Shown here piece by piece: positions 37,801 through 45,676 of a stretch of DNA of 64,000 nt. Both the position numbers and the translations under genes were made by a program. Each line of letters opens with the position of its first letter. The stretch's first letter is position 1. The notes beneath the pieces were generated by a model. The model searched no databases and was not told the origin of the DNA. It saw only the letters and a program-made list of their open reading frames with translations. Origin of the DNA: a virus. Taxonomy: Duplodnaviria; Caudoviricetes. The stretch covers positions 1 through 64,000 of IMG/VR virus record IMGVR_UViG_3300021399_000009; one strand, written 5' to 3'.

Positions 37801-38069
37801 TTGAATATGAACAGGGAGAGATTGACCAGATTGACCTTGCATATGCTATGACAATACACTCATTGCAAGGTTCTGGCTATAAGGCTGTCATTATTGTAAT
37901 TGATAATACGCACTTTGCGTTACTTGATAATTGCTTGCTTTATACTGCTATAACAAGAGCGAAGAAGAAATGTTTACTTCTTGCAGAGCCTTATGCTTTT
38001 AAGAAATGTATATCCGAAAACAAGACTGCAAAACGTCAAACGTGGTTTGAAAATTTTATTCCGTTTTAA
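34833..38069 (+). CDS. recD2: RecD2-like SF1B helicase with intein
   Basis: NPYIL..I.GFGFKKVD, Walker A GKAG/CGKT, TIHR, DEGSM, GDNGQLPPIG, RQA, YAMTIHSLQGS, YTAITRAK. Confidence 0.92.
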   Translation: MSEEYTFELTPDYEMFYSDSSSFGVYKFNTKSELPHLTGNPDLFDHTVTYSGVLSGRMQKLYLGDTYNVVAKPVYNKKYSNWQYEPISIQAAIPKSEEQQRAFLRSILTEKQTDTLMDVYPNIVEDIMDGKDDVDLSKLNGIGETTYGIIKKKIIDNYVISDILAMLQPLGVTIRTIKSLEKWEANPVLLKKQLMQNPYILTKIRGFGFKKVDTLALKINPESKCSRERLEAYIVYYLQEVGESYGHTWVTIDTLKSNVRDNVIECIDLFDKYIDDDQVKENPLLEVGEGNKIGLKRYYNVEEYIFNKVTEMKNIEPIAVTEDNINDGLKEAEDKQGFELTEEQRDVVINSFKNNITIISGKAGCVDCDTEFFNGTEWKKISEYKDGEKVLQYNEDGTAELVYPINYIKQKSDYLWHFSTKYGLDQCLSDKHNCYWVSQKGKTYLTPFREIREKQQDNNTGFYGRFPTTFKYNGVGISLTDNQIRLMVAVFADGSFNYHTWSDNTYTKARFHIKKDRKKERLIELAKKCGYEYSTSPSAADGYLDIYIRDPFRCKHFPSEWYNCTQEQLKIIADEIVYWDCDYNRKNRFSTTCKKDADFIQFVFSSIGIRATIAKQDRRGKKHFTDGKEYERKTIDYEVSWTNRTLVGMCADFRSNHSKTQIQQYKTKDGYEYCFTVPSHLLVLRRNDKIFITGNCGKTASVRSILTIYSKAGYQIGCCALSAKAAMVIRESTGFPATTIHRMLGCQGANKFKYSKDNPLPFNVLFIDEGSMISADIFYLIFQAIKPQTKLIICGDNGQLPPIGYGNIFNDLLDMREYLNSYELTKVMRQAADSGITSDANVIRAGSNPIDKPELKIVTGKLKDMTYMFRDDREVLNKLAIKAYMGAIKTYGVDDVLIGVPRKKDCVNSTGRINEAIQELLLPDETRMITYGTRRYKLGAKVIQKVNNYEKNVFNGDVGYITDISTTMRDGQKMNTFAVEYRSGEDTKTIEYEQGEIDQIDLAYAMTIHSLQGSGYKAVIIVIDNTHFALLDNCLLYTAITRAKKKCLLLAEPYAFKKCISENKTAKRQTWFENFIPF
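35925..36917 (+). mobile_element. Intein (331 aa) in the Walker A loop of RecD2
   Basis: GKAG|CVDCDTEF...SDKH...FADGS...YCFTVPS..ITGN|CGKT. Confidence 0.9.
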
Positions 38070-38081
38070 TCAAAAAAGGTA

Positions 38082-38165
38082 TTGACAAAGTATAAATCAT
38101 ATAGTATAATATAGTTGTGGCACTGATAGTGCTACAACTATATCTTTATAAAGTAAAAATCGTAT
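38082..38165 (+). promoter_or_regulatory. Sigma-A promoter with two operator copies and a 5' hairpin
   Basis: TTGACA 38082, TATAAT 38105; motif at 38087 and 38150; hairpin 38110-38142. Confidence 0.85.
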
Positions 38166-38174
38166 AGGAGGAAG

Positions 38175-38402
38175 ATGATAACATTGATAGTTGCATTGTC
38201 TATTATGGCTACCATTGCCAGTCTTGCTGGTAATATTTTGATTGCTTGTTCTAAAAGGTCAGGTTGGATTACTTGGATTGTAGGGAATATCCTTTGGATA
38301 GAAGTAAACTTCCTTGATACTATGAATGTTCCTATGGTTTGTATGTATGTAGTCTATATGGTTATTAACATCGTAGGATTTGTAAAATGGAGAAAGAGGT
38401 GA
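38175..38402 (+). CDS. Small PnuC-like (about 3 TM) membrane protein
   Basis: GW..WI..N..W....Y..IN..G...W pattern. Confidence 0.55.
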   Translation: MITLIVALSIMATIASLAGNILIACSKRSGWITWIVGNILWIEVNFLDTMNVPMVCMYVVYMVINIVGFVKWRKR

Positions 38403-38407
38403 TTTGA

Positions 38408-39571
38408 TTGTTTAAAATTAACGACAAAGTGAGAGTTATTAATCAAAGAAAAATAAGAAACTACGAAGATACTTATGGTAAAGAAGGACTTGTCGCCTAC
38501 ATTAACTCAACCAGATATGGAGTTGATTTTCCCGATATTAAAAACCCATCAAGTGGTTACGGACGATATTATTTTGAGGAAGGTGAACTTGAATTGGTCG
38601 AAAGTAAAATCCCTACGCTTGAAGAAATCACGCAGAGAGGACTGACTTGCGTAATTCATACATCAAACAGAGAAGATGCTATGTGCGTTGTGAGTAAAAT
38701 ACCTTCGTCAAGCTCATATGTAACAGGCGATGAGTGGTTGGAGTATTGGGGCAGATATAAAGAAAATACTTGTTATTATATCGTAGACGGTGCAATAGAG
38801 GCTTATAACAAGAAGAGTTATTTTGAGAATAACGAAGATTATATAAGAGAGATTCCATATATAATCTATGAGTTTTCAGACCTGTTTGCCACTGACGGTA
38901 CGGTAAACATTCACGATTTGCCGTTAACTGAGTTATTTGAAAGAGAATATAATGCAACATGGATTGATAAAAAGGAGGAAAAGAAAATGCCAACATTTAC
39001 AATTACAGAAGGAACAAGAACAAGAAAACCCTACGAAAAGGACAAGCCTAAGACAATCGAGACAATATCTACAACAGTAAGAACAGAGTGTGGTCAAGCA
39101 ACAACTACTTGTGATAAGTCTGACTATTACGACATTTATACAGGCACACTCGTAGCTGCTGCAAAGATTACTGCACAGCAGAGCGAAGAAGCAATGCTTC
39201 TATATAAGACTGCCATAGATATGTGGGGTAACGAGATGTGCTTCTCAATTCTCAAAGCTCTTGCTAATCGTGCTTTTGCTAATGAAAAGTTCGATTGGGC
39301 TTATAAGAAGTGGCGTAAGGCTGTTGCTTACGAAGAAAGACAGAAAGATACTAAAGCTCGTACTTGCTCTGTGTGCGGTAAGGTATTTAAAACCGTTGAA
39401 GAAGCAAGAGCACACGAGAAGTGGCATGAGGATTGCAGAACTCGTAAGATTGAGCGTAGAGTAGCAAAGCGTAGAATTGCAAGAGCAGAGCGTGAAGGAA
39501 GAATTACAGAATATATAACTGAGATTTTGGAGGAAAGAAAGAAGAACGATGAAAAGAAAAATGAAGAATAA
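38408..39571 (+). CDS. Multidomain hypothetical protein
   Basis: FKINDKVRV SH3-like start; C-terminal C2H2-like CSVCG..F......HE..H; possible internal start at 38987. Confidence 0.7.
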   Translation: MFKINDKVRVINQRKIRNYEDTYGKEGLVAYINSTRYGVDFPDIKNPSSGYGRYYFEEGELELVESKIPTLEEITQRGLTCVIHTSNREDAMCVVSKIPSSSSYVTGDEWLEYWGRYKENTCYYIVDGAIEAYNKKSYFENNEDYIREIPYIIYEFSDLFATDGTVNIHDLPLTELFEREYNATWIDKKEEKKMPTFTITEGTRTRKPYEKDKPKTIETISTTVRTECGQATTTCDKSDYYDIYTGTLVAAAKITAQQSEEAMLLYKTAIDMWGNEMCFSILKALANRAFANEKFDWAYKKWRKAVAYEERQKDTKARTCSVCGKVFKTVEEARAHEKWHEDCRTRKIERRVAKRRIARAEREGRITEYITEILEERKKNDEKKNEE

Positions 39572-39893
39572 AATCCGTACTTGGTTAATTCGTAAGTTGG
39601 GTGGGTTTACAGAACAGGAATATAATGTAACTGAGGTTAAGACTGTTCGCCCTGAGATTCTTCCTTTGGAAGTGAATCAATTTGTAGATAAAAGACGTTT
39701 TGAATATATGCAAGAAGTAGGATTTGATTCACTTCATAATATGCTTGCTAACGAAATAGGACATTACATTGTAAACAATTTGTTGTATTATGAACTATTT
39801 GAAGAAACACATCAGATATGTGATGGTATAAACTTCAAATGGCGTGTATGGCTATTAAATCCAAAAGACATGAAGGAGACTGTTAATGCTTAA
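39549..39893 (+). CDS. Hypothetical protein
   Basis: ORF in operon. Confidence 0.7.
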   Translation: MKRKMKNKIRTWLIRKLGGFTEQEYNVTEVKTVRPEILPLEVNQFVDKRRFEYMQEVGFDSLHNMLANEIGHYIVNNLLYYELFEETHQICDGINFKWRVWLLNPKDMKETVNA

Positions 39894-40140
39894 AGAGTTT
39901 AAAGATAAACCAGTAAACGGCAATTACATACTTCTTGATATAGTAGGAGATATAAACAATCCTACGCTATTAACTCCAAAAGAAAACTGGACTGCCAAAG
40001 ATGTAACCAATGTTAATTGCACTGTTTATAACACAAAGACTGATAGAATGTCTACTAAGTCTGCTTATCTCAATTTAAAGACCAAAAGACTCTATCTCAA
40101 ATCTAAAGATGGTAGGCTGTATCTTGACGAGTTTAAGTGA
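39886..40140 (+). CDS. Hypothetical protein
   Basis: AAGGAG RBS. Confidence 0.65.
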   Translation: MLKEFKDKPVNGNYILLDIVGDINNPTLLTPKENWTAKDVTNVNCTVYNTKTDRMSTKSAYLNLKTKRLYLKSKDGRLYLDEFK

Positions 40141-40150
40141 GGTGAAAAAT

Positions 40151-40381
40151 ATGAAAATAGAACTATCTGACGAACTTTTTACCATGCTGTACTTTGGCAC
40201 ACGAAATGTTCGAGTAATAAGAAAAGCATTAAATGAAGCCGAAGATGCTATCAATGCATATCTTGAACCAGAGGACGGTACAACGAAATCCTTATATATT
40301 ATAAGCCCAGATGGGACTCGTTTTAAAGTTGAATATGGTGCGAAGATTGAAAACTTTGCAATCACTCCGTTTGTAGAGTGA
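40151..40381 (+). CDS. Hypothetical protein
   Basis: GAGGTG RBS before ATG 40151. Confidence 0.65.
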   Translation: MKIELSDELFTMLYFGTRNVRVIRKALNEAEDAINAYLEPEDGTTKSLYIISPDGTRFKVEYGAKIENFAITPFVE

Positions 40382-40390
40382 GGTGATGTT

Positions 40391-40684
40391 GTGGGCTTTG
40401 AATTAAATGGCTTTATTAAAGGCGTTCTCTACAATAAAGATGGAACAGTTGACTATGTGTTTGATGATGCCAAACTCGATGAAGTCATTGCTCCGTTTGA
40501 GAATGAAGCTGACGCAGAAAGAAATCAGGATAAGACGTTGTTTCTGCCAAGCTCAAAAGACCTTGAAGTCTCTTTTGAATCTGCCGATATTAGTGAAGAT
40601 ATTCTATATCTGTTAGGAGTTCTTCGCTGGTATGATTGGTGGAACAGGGATAGCGTTGAATATAATTTTGAGGTGAGTAAATGA
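40391..40684 (+). CDS. Hypothetical protein
   Basis: GAGGTG RBS. Confidence 0.65.
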   Translation: MGFELNGFIKGVLYNKDGTVDYVFDDAKLDEVIAPFENEADAERNQDKTLFLPSSKDLEVSFESADISEDILYLLGVLRWYDWWNRDSVEYNFEVSK

Positions 40685-40962
40685 CAACTGTTAAAGATTA
40701 CTTTAATCACGAAATCCATAAGGGAGATATACTTCTTTATAATCAAAAAGCATCAAAAGGTTATTATTCCTCGTTCACCGAGGGTGTTGTAGTGAACGTA
40801 ATAGGCAATGGCAAAATAGAAGTTTGTGGGATTGATGACTTGGACAAATACAAAAATGAAAATCGTGGTCAATGGGCTTCATATTACACAGACCGTAAGT
40901 ATGGTCGTAATACAGTAAATCTTACAGCTTTAGGGATAAGAGAAAGGGCTGAGTTAAATTAA
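40681..40962 (+). CDS. Hypothetical protein
   Basis: KD....I..GD N-terminus; GAGGTG RBS. Confidence 0.7.
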   Translation: MTTVKDYFNHEIHKGDILLYNQKASKGYYSSFTEGVVVNVIGNGKIEVCGIDDLDKYKNENRGQWASYYTDRKYGRNTVNLTALGIRERAELN

Positions 40963-40976
40963 AGGAGGAGAACGAA

Positions 40977-41309
40977 ATGATTTGTATTTTAAACCCTACG
41001 CTTGATTCTGTAATAATTAATCTTAAATCATTAAAACAAAAGGCAGCATATGATTGTTTTGGTTGGAAGCTCATTGAGATTCCAGTCCCACCTTATGAAC
41101 TTAAAATTGCTGTTTCAAATAATATTGAATTATCTTATATACTTGACACATACAAAGTAGAGCAAATTGGAATTGCCGCATATCCTGATGAAATTGAGTT
41201 CATTAAAGAGGATAAAGGACAGATTATAATTAAATTTGTTTCGGAAGGTAAGTTGCTTCAATTTATAGGTGAGATTAAAAAAGATAATGACAATTATCCT
41301 GCGAGGTGA
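40977..41309 (+). CDS. Hypothetical protein
   Basis: AGGAGG RBS. Confidence 0.65.
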   Translation: MICILNPTLDSVIINLKSLKQKAAYDCFGWKLIEIPVPPYELKIAVSNNIELSYILDTYKVEQIGIAAYPDEIEFIKEDKGQIIIKFVSEGKLLQFIGEIKKDNDNYPAR

Positions 41310-41313
41310 TGAT

Positions 41314-41721
41314 ATGACAGACTTCTTTGGTAAAGAAATCCAGATAGGAGATAGGTGCATAAGATACAATGGCAGTATTGGAGGTTTAGAAGAAGTCATT
41401 GTACTTGGAGAAGATAATAAGGGTTTAAAAATACTAAACTATCTTGATAAAGAAGTGTACACAACAGGAACAGAACACAAGTTGTTTAACCTATCCGCTT
41501 TTGAAAGACAAATGCACTCAGAGACTTTTATCAATTCCGTAAAGGCTCTTGATGTGAAACCTGATAGTATAGTAATCGCATCGCTAATTCCTAATCAATT
41601 ACCTATGGATAATGCCGAAAGTATGTACAAGCTAATGAAGAAAATGTTTCCAGATAACAAGGTTGGACTTGTTATGGGGCTTGATATTACAATTGAAAAT
41701 AGCAGGAGTGATAATAAATGA
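41314..41721 (+). CDS. Hypothetical protein
   Basis: GAGGTG RBS before ATG 41314; DFFGKEIQIGD. Confidence 0.7.
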   Translation: MTDFFGKEIQIGDRCIRYNGSIGGLEEVIVLGEDNKGLKILNYLDKEVYTTGTEHKLFNLSAFERQMHSETFINSVKALDVKPDSIVIASLIPNQLPMDNAESMYKLMKKMFPDNKVGLVMGLDITIENSRSDNK

Positions 41722-41966
41722 TTAACAAGAAATCTTGGAGTGAGTTTAGAACAAGCGGAATGTTGTGGTTTGTGAATATGATACTACATACATTTGGGTG
41801 GGCTTTAGTTGTAGACGTTGATGACGATGATAATGTAACAAGTTGTTATCCTGCAAGAGTAAAGTTTAGAGGATTCAATGTCAATTCTAATACTAAGGGA
41901 TATATTGCTGTCAGCGAATATCTTAAAAATAATATTAATGACATATTAGAAGAAGCTAAGAATTGA
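41718..41966 (+). CDS. Hypothetical phage protein
   Basis: W.EFR.SG.LW..N..LH.FGW..PARVKFRGF. Confidence 0.75.
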   Translation: MINKKSWSEFRTSGMLWFVNMILHTFGWALVVDVDDDDNVTSCYPARVKFRGFNVNSNTKGYIAVSEYLKNNINDILEEAKN

Positions 41967-42346
41967 AATTCTATTTTATTCAAAAACGGAGGCAAGGAGA
42001 TGATATTACGGAACAGGAAGAAAGCATCAAAAGGGTTGTTGAATGGGCAGAAGAAGAAAGCAAAAGGGCTAAAGCGTTAGACGAGTTCAAAAATAGCCAA
42101 GTTCATTTCAATATTAAAAATCGTGTAGGTGAGAAAGACTACACAATGAGTGAAGAACAATGGAAACGATTTAGACAAGTTTGGGAATCATATGGAGTAA
42201 AATTCACAAACGATGATGGGACGTATAAATCTCTATACGAAGTGCTTTGTGAAATGAGTTCTGTTTGGCAAAGATTAAATGAGGAGAACCAAAGAGAATT
42301 GACAGATTGTATAAAGCTATTCATGAAGCCGAGGATAATTTTATAA
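41963..42346 (+). CDS. Hypothetical protein with a tape-measure-like segment
   Basis: GVKFTNDDGTYKSLYEVLCEMSSVWQRL. Confidence 0.55.
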   Translation: MKFYFIQKRRQGDDITEQEESIKRVVEWAEEESKRAKALDEFKNSQVHFNIKNRVGEKDYTMSEEQWKRFRQVWESYGVKFTNDDGTYKSLYEVLCEMSSVWQRLNEENQRELTDCIKLFMKPRIIL

Positions 42347-42359
42347 ACAGGAGCGAAGT

Positions 42360-42665
42360 ATGAAATATATTGAAAATGTTGTAATAGGCAATATTAATGG
42401 GAAAGAGGCAAATTTATTTTCCCTTGAATCACACTTATTTGCAATTAATAACGAGGACTGGTATGAAAACGAATCAGATAAAACATATTATACAAACGAG
42501 AGATTTCTTCCAAAGATACTTGTTGACTTGGGTATATACCCTTCTATCTCAGAGATACGCAGGAACAGACCTGACCTATTTATAACATTGGACAAGCAAG
42601 ACTTTATAAGCAAATTAAAAGTAGCAAAGAAAAGATTTTTATGGATTGCAGTAGGAGGTATATGA
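42360..42665 (+). CDS. Hypothetical protein with an S4-like segment
   Basis: LVDLGIYPSISEIRR...KVAKKRF. Confidence 0.6.
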   Translation: MKYIENVVIGNINGKEANLFSLESHLFAINNEDWYENESDKTYYTNERFLPKILVDLGIYPSISEIRRNRPDLFITLDKQDFISKLKVAKKRFLWIAVGGI

Positions 42666-42666
42666 T

Positions 42667-43026
42667 TTGATAATCAAAGATTTTAAAGTTGGAGATGAAG
42701 TAGTCTATCTTGATTTTAATGGATATTCGACACCTAAAAGGACAACATTACGCAAAGGATATATTATTAATGTTGGCAGAAAGATAATTACAATAGGTAA
42801 ACAACCAGATTCTTCTTATGGCTTTAAGTTTACTATTGATGATAATAATATGTGCCTTCGTTCAACTAATATTGGTATTTACGATTTAGCTTTCAAAGAT
42901 TTAGAACAGTATGGACGTTATGTTGAATACAAGGAACTAAAATATTGGGCTTATAGATTTGACTTTGATAGACTACCTTACGATAAGCTAATCAAGATTA
43001 AGGAGATTGTTGAAAATGATTCGTGA
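42667..43026 (+). CDS. Hypothetical protein
   Basis: FKVGDEV...VGRK.IT. Confidence 0.7.
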   Translation: MIIKDFKVGDEVVYLDFNGYSTPKRTTLRKGYIINVGRKIITIGKQPDSSYGFKFTIDDNNMCLRSTNIGIYDLAFKDLEQYGRYVEYKELKYWAYRFDFDRLPYDKLIKIKEIVENDS

Positions 43027-43258
43027 TATATTTGCGATGATAGGGCTTGGCACATCTATAACGATATTTACAGTGCTTTTTATAGAACTGTTAGAATATT
43101 TTAATCGAAAGAGATGTAAACACAAGTGGGAGTTCTATGATTGTGGTTACACCCCAGAATCTTTTTATATTGAACTTAGGTGCAAGAAATGCAGAGAGAT
43201 AAAACATATCGAATGTGATATAGATACAACAAAATGGGACATTGAATATACAGAGTAA
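43016..43258 (+). CDS. Membrane-anchored hypothetical protein
   Basis: TM helix + CKHKW...CKKC (similar to 19418-19726). Confidence 0.65.
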   Translation: MIRDIFAMIGLGTSITIFTVLFIELLEYFNRKRCKHKWEFYDCGYTPESFYIELRCKKCREIKHIECDIDTTKWDIEYTE

Positions 43259-43272
43259 AGGAGAGATTTTAA

Positions 43273-43830
43273 ATGAAAAAATTTATAGCATTATTTATGG
43301 CAGGAGTTGCATTTGCAACACTTACATCTTGTAAAGAGGATGAATCGAAGCGTAGAGCTGACACAGAAAAAACATTGGCGATAGCAAGCAAATTACAAAG
43401 TAATCAACCTACGCCTACTGATATTGATTATAGCCTTGAAAGATACAATCTCATTAAGAGAGCATATTGGGTAAATGGCAACAGAGAAAAAGCAAATGCA
43501 CTTCCTTGTGAAATAGAAAAGCCCTTGGGCTATATAGTTCTTTTTGATAAGGGAGTCGTATTTGGTAAGTTTGTTGTTGATGGTAAGGTATCATCACTTA
43601 ATAGTTATCTTACACCTGATACTGAATATTACGATGTGGATTATGTAGGTGACAGTAGTTACTACAATGAATGGCTTGCTGATGTTGATGGTTCATACGG
43701 CGAGAATGACAATGGTATATTTTTCTTTACTACAGATGGTAAGTACATTGAATGGACAGGTGAATATCTATACTCAGATATTCCCTTTGAGATTGACGAA
43801 CCTGTATTAAAATTCAAGGAGGATAAGTAA
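43273..43830 (+). CDS. Putative lipoprotein
   Basis: MKK-hydrophobic-LTSC lipobox. Confidence 0.8.
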   Translation: MKKFIALFMAGVAFATLTSCKEDESKRRADTEKTLAIASKLQSNQPTPTDIDYSLERYNLIKRAYWVNGNREKANALPCEIEKPLGYIVLFDKGVVFGKFVVDGKVSSLNSYLTPDTEYYDVDYVGDSSYYNEWLADVDGSYGENDNGIFFFTTDGKYIEWTGEYLYSDIPFEIDEPVLKFKEDK

Positions 43831-44210
43831 TGAATAAAACAATAGCAATAGTTGCAAGCTGTGTACTGTTGATACCAATAATTTATTTTAGTGCTACGCC
43901 ATCGGGTCGTAGAACTTGGAATAACTGGTGGCACAATGTACAAACTGCCGATGATGATACAAGATATGAGACACGAAAAAAGGTTGAAGATACTTGCCGT
44001 TCAATGATAGCAAGTTATAATTCAGATAAACTTACATACGAGCAATATAAGGATTCTGATAATTCTGAAAAACAGTCTTGGGCTGAACAGGCTAAAATGA
44101 GAGCTAACAAAACAGCTTCTACTTATAACAACTACATATTAAAGAATAACTATGTATGGAAGAATGATGTCCCATTTGATATATATAGTACGCTTAATTA
44201 TTTGGAGTAA
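43830..44210 (+). CDS. Membrane-anchored/secreted hypothetical protein
   Basis: N-terminal hydrophobic helix; coupled to the lipoprotein gene. Confidence 0.75.
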   Translation: MNKTIAIVASCVLLIPIIYFSATPSGRRTWNNWWHNVQTADDDTRYETRKKVEDTCRSMIASYNSDKLTYEQYKDSDNSEKQSWAEQAKMRANKTASTYNNYILKNNYVWKNDVPFDIYSTLNYLE

Positions 44211-44221
44211 AAATAATATAA

Positions 44222-44380
44222 ATGAGAATTGTAATAATAAGTCCGTATAGATTTAAGGCACATACCAAATTCAAGCAATTATTAAATGAGTTTACCAAAA
44301 AGTATAGTATTATAGATACCGAAGCCACTGGCGAGACTACATACATAATCAGTTATACAACATCAACTAATTGCGATTGA
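44222..44380 (+). CDS. Small hypothetical protein (52 aa, not in ORF track)
   Basis: MRIVIISPYRF...STNCD fills the operon gap. Confidence 0.45.
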   Translation: MRIVIISPYRFKAHTKFKQLLNEFTKKYSIIDTEATGETTYIISYTTSTNCD

Positions 44381-44389
44381 GGTGATAAA

Positions 44390-45496
44390 ATGCAAATATA
44401 TGCAGACAACGCAGCGTTTAAACCGTTGTTGCCGGAGGTCAAGAAGTTTATACATAACTTCATCGAAACTGATTTCTGCAATCCGTCAGCAATTTACAGC
44501 AATGGACGGTCTACACGGAGGCTGATAGAACAAGCAAGAGAACAAGTTGCAAAGGCGATAGGTGCGGACACAGACGAGATATATTTTACGGGTTCTGCAA
44601 CCGAATCAATCAATTGGTTTGCTCGTAATGCTGACCGCATATACACCACAACCATTGAGCACAAAGCGGTGTTGAGAAACGCCAACAACTTCATACCTGT
44701 AGATAATACAGGCAGAGTTGATTTAGATATATTCCGAGAGCAATGTCCGAGATACGGCAACGTGATAGTAGGTTGGGTTAATAATGAGATAGGTGTTATT
44801 CAGCCTGTAAAAGAAATAGTTGACATATGTCACAAGAAGCATAGCAGTATCTTGATTGACGCAACACAAGCCATAGGGCATATCCCAATAGATGTACATG
44901 AACTTGGTGTTGACTTTCTCGTAGGCTCTTTTGGCAAGCTTGGTGGTCTTACAGGTAGTGGTTTCCTCTATATGAGAAGGGGTATGCATATTGAGCCGAT
45001 GATAAAAGGTGGCGGTCAGGAACACGGCATGAGAGCTTCAACCGAAAACATAATTGGCATTTTGGCAGGAGCGAAAGCTATTGAAATTGCAACAAAGCAC
45101 ATCGTCCCAAACACCATACGTCGAGATTATATTATTGAAAGTTTGCTCAATATCCCTAAAAGTTATTTGAATGGTTCTTGGTCTAAGAGAGTTGACAACA
45201 ATATAAATGTGGCTTTTGAGGGCATAGAAGCCGAGAGTTTAGTTTTACAACTGGATTTAAAAGGCATTGCCGTGAGTGCCGGTTCGGCTTGCAACTCCAC
45301 AAACATTGAACCATCACACGTATTAAAGGCAATAGGATTAAGTGATGAGATAGCAAAGGCTTCAATCCGCATAACAATAGACGAAAATATTACAGACGAG
45401 CAGATTGAATACCTTGTAAATACCATTAAAGACTGTGTGGCAAAGATGAGACAGTCATCGTCATTATGGAAGAAGATTGAGAACGAGGATAATTGA
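44390..45496 (+). CDS. iscS: Cysteine desulfurase (IscS/NifS group I)
   Basis: YADNAA, NPS, FTGSATESIN, IEHKAV, NNEIG, DATQ, SFGK (PLP Lys), GGGQE, SAGSAC. Confidence 0.92.
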   Translation: MQIYADNAAFKPLLPEVKKFIHNFIETDFCNPSAIYSNGRSTRRLIEQAREQVAKAIGADTDEIYFTGSATESINWFARNADRIYTTTIEHKAVLRNANNFIPVDNTGRVDLDIFREQCPRYGNVIVGWVNNEIGVIQPVKEIVDICHKKHSSILIDATQAIGHIPIDVHELGVDFLVGSFGKLGGLTGSGFLYMRRGMHIEPMIKGGGQEHGMRASTENIIGILAGAKAIEIATKHIVPNTIRRDYIIESLLNIPKSYLNGSWSKRVDNNINVAFEGIEAESLVLQLDLKGIAVSAGSACNSTNIEPSHVLKAIGLSDEIAKASIRITIDENITDEQIEYLVNTIKDCVAKMRQSSSLWKKIENEDN

Positions 45497-45550
45497 AGAT
45501 TATTTTCAGGATGCAGAAAATAAAAATCTCTCGAATTTTTTAAAAAATAC

Positions 45551-45665
45551 TTGACAAAGTACAAATCGTGTGGTATAATATGAATATAAGGTTTTTAAAA
45601 AATGTATACAAAGTACAAATCGTATACAGCCTTATATTCATATTTTTATAATGTACAAATCATAT
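45551..45665 (+). promoter_or_regulatory. Sigma-A promoter with three operator copies and a long 5' inverted repeat
   Basis: TTGACA 45551, TATAAT 45574; motif at 45556, 45610, 45650; IR 45578-45591/45630-45643. Confidence 0.85.
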
Positions 45666-45676
45666 AGGAAGGTAAG

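Noticed and set aside
44390-45496. DndA of a DNA phosphorothioation system
   Set aside because: No dndBCDE or ssp genes recognisable in the window
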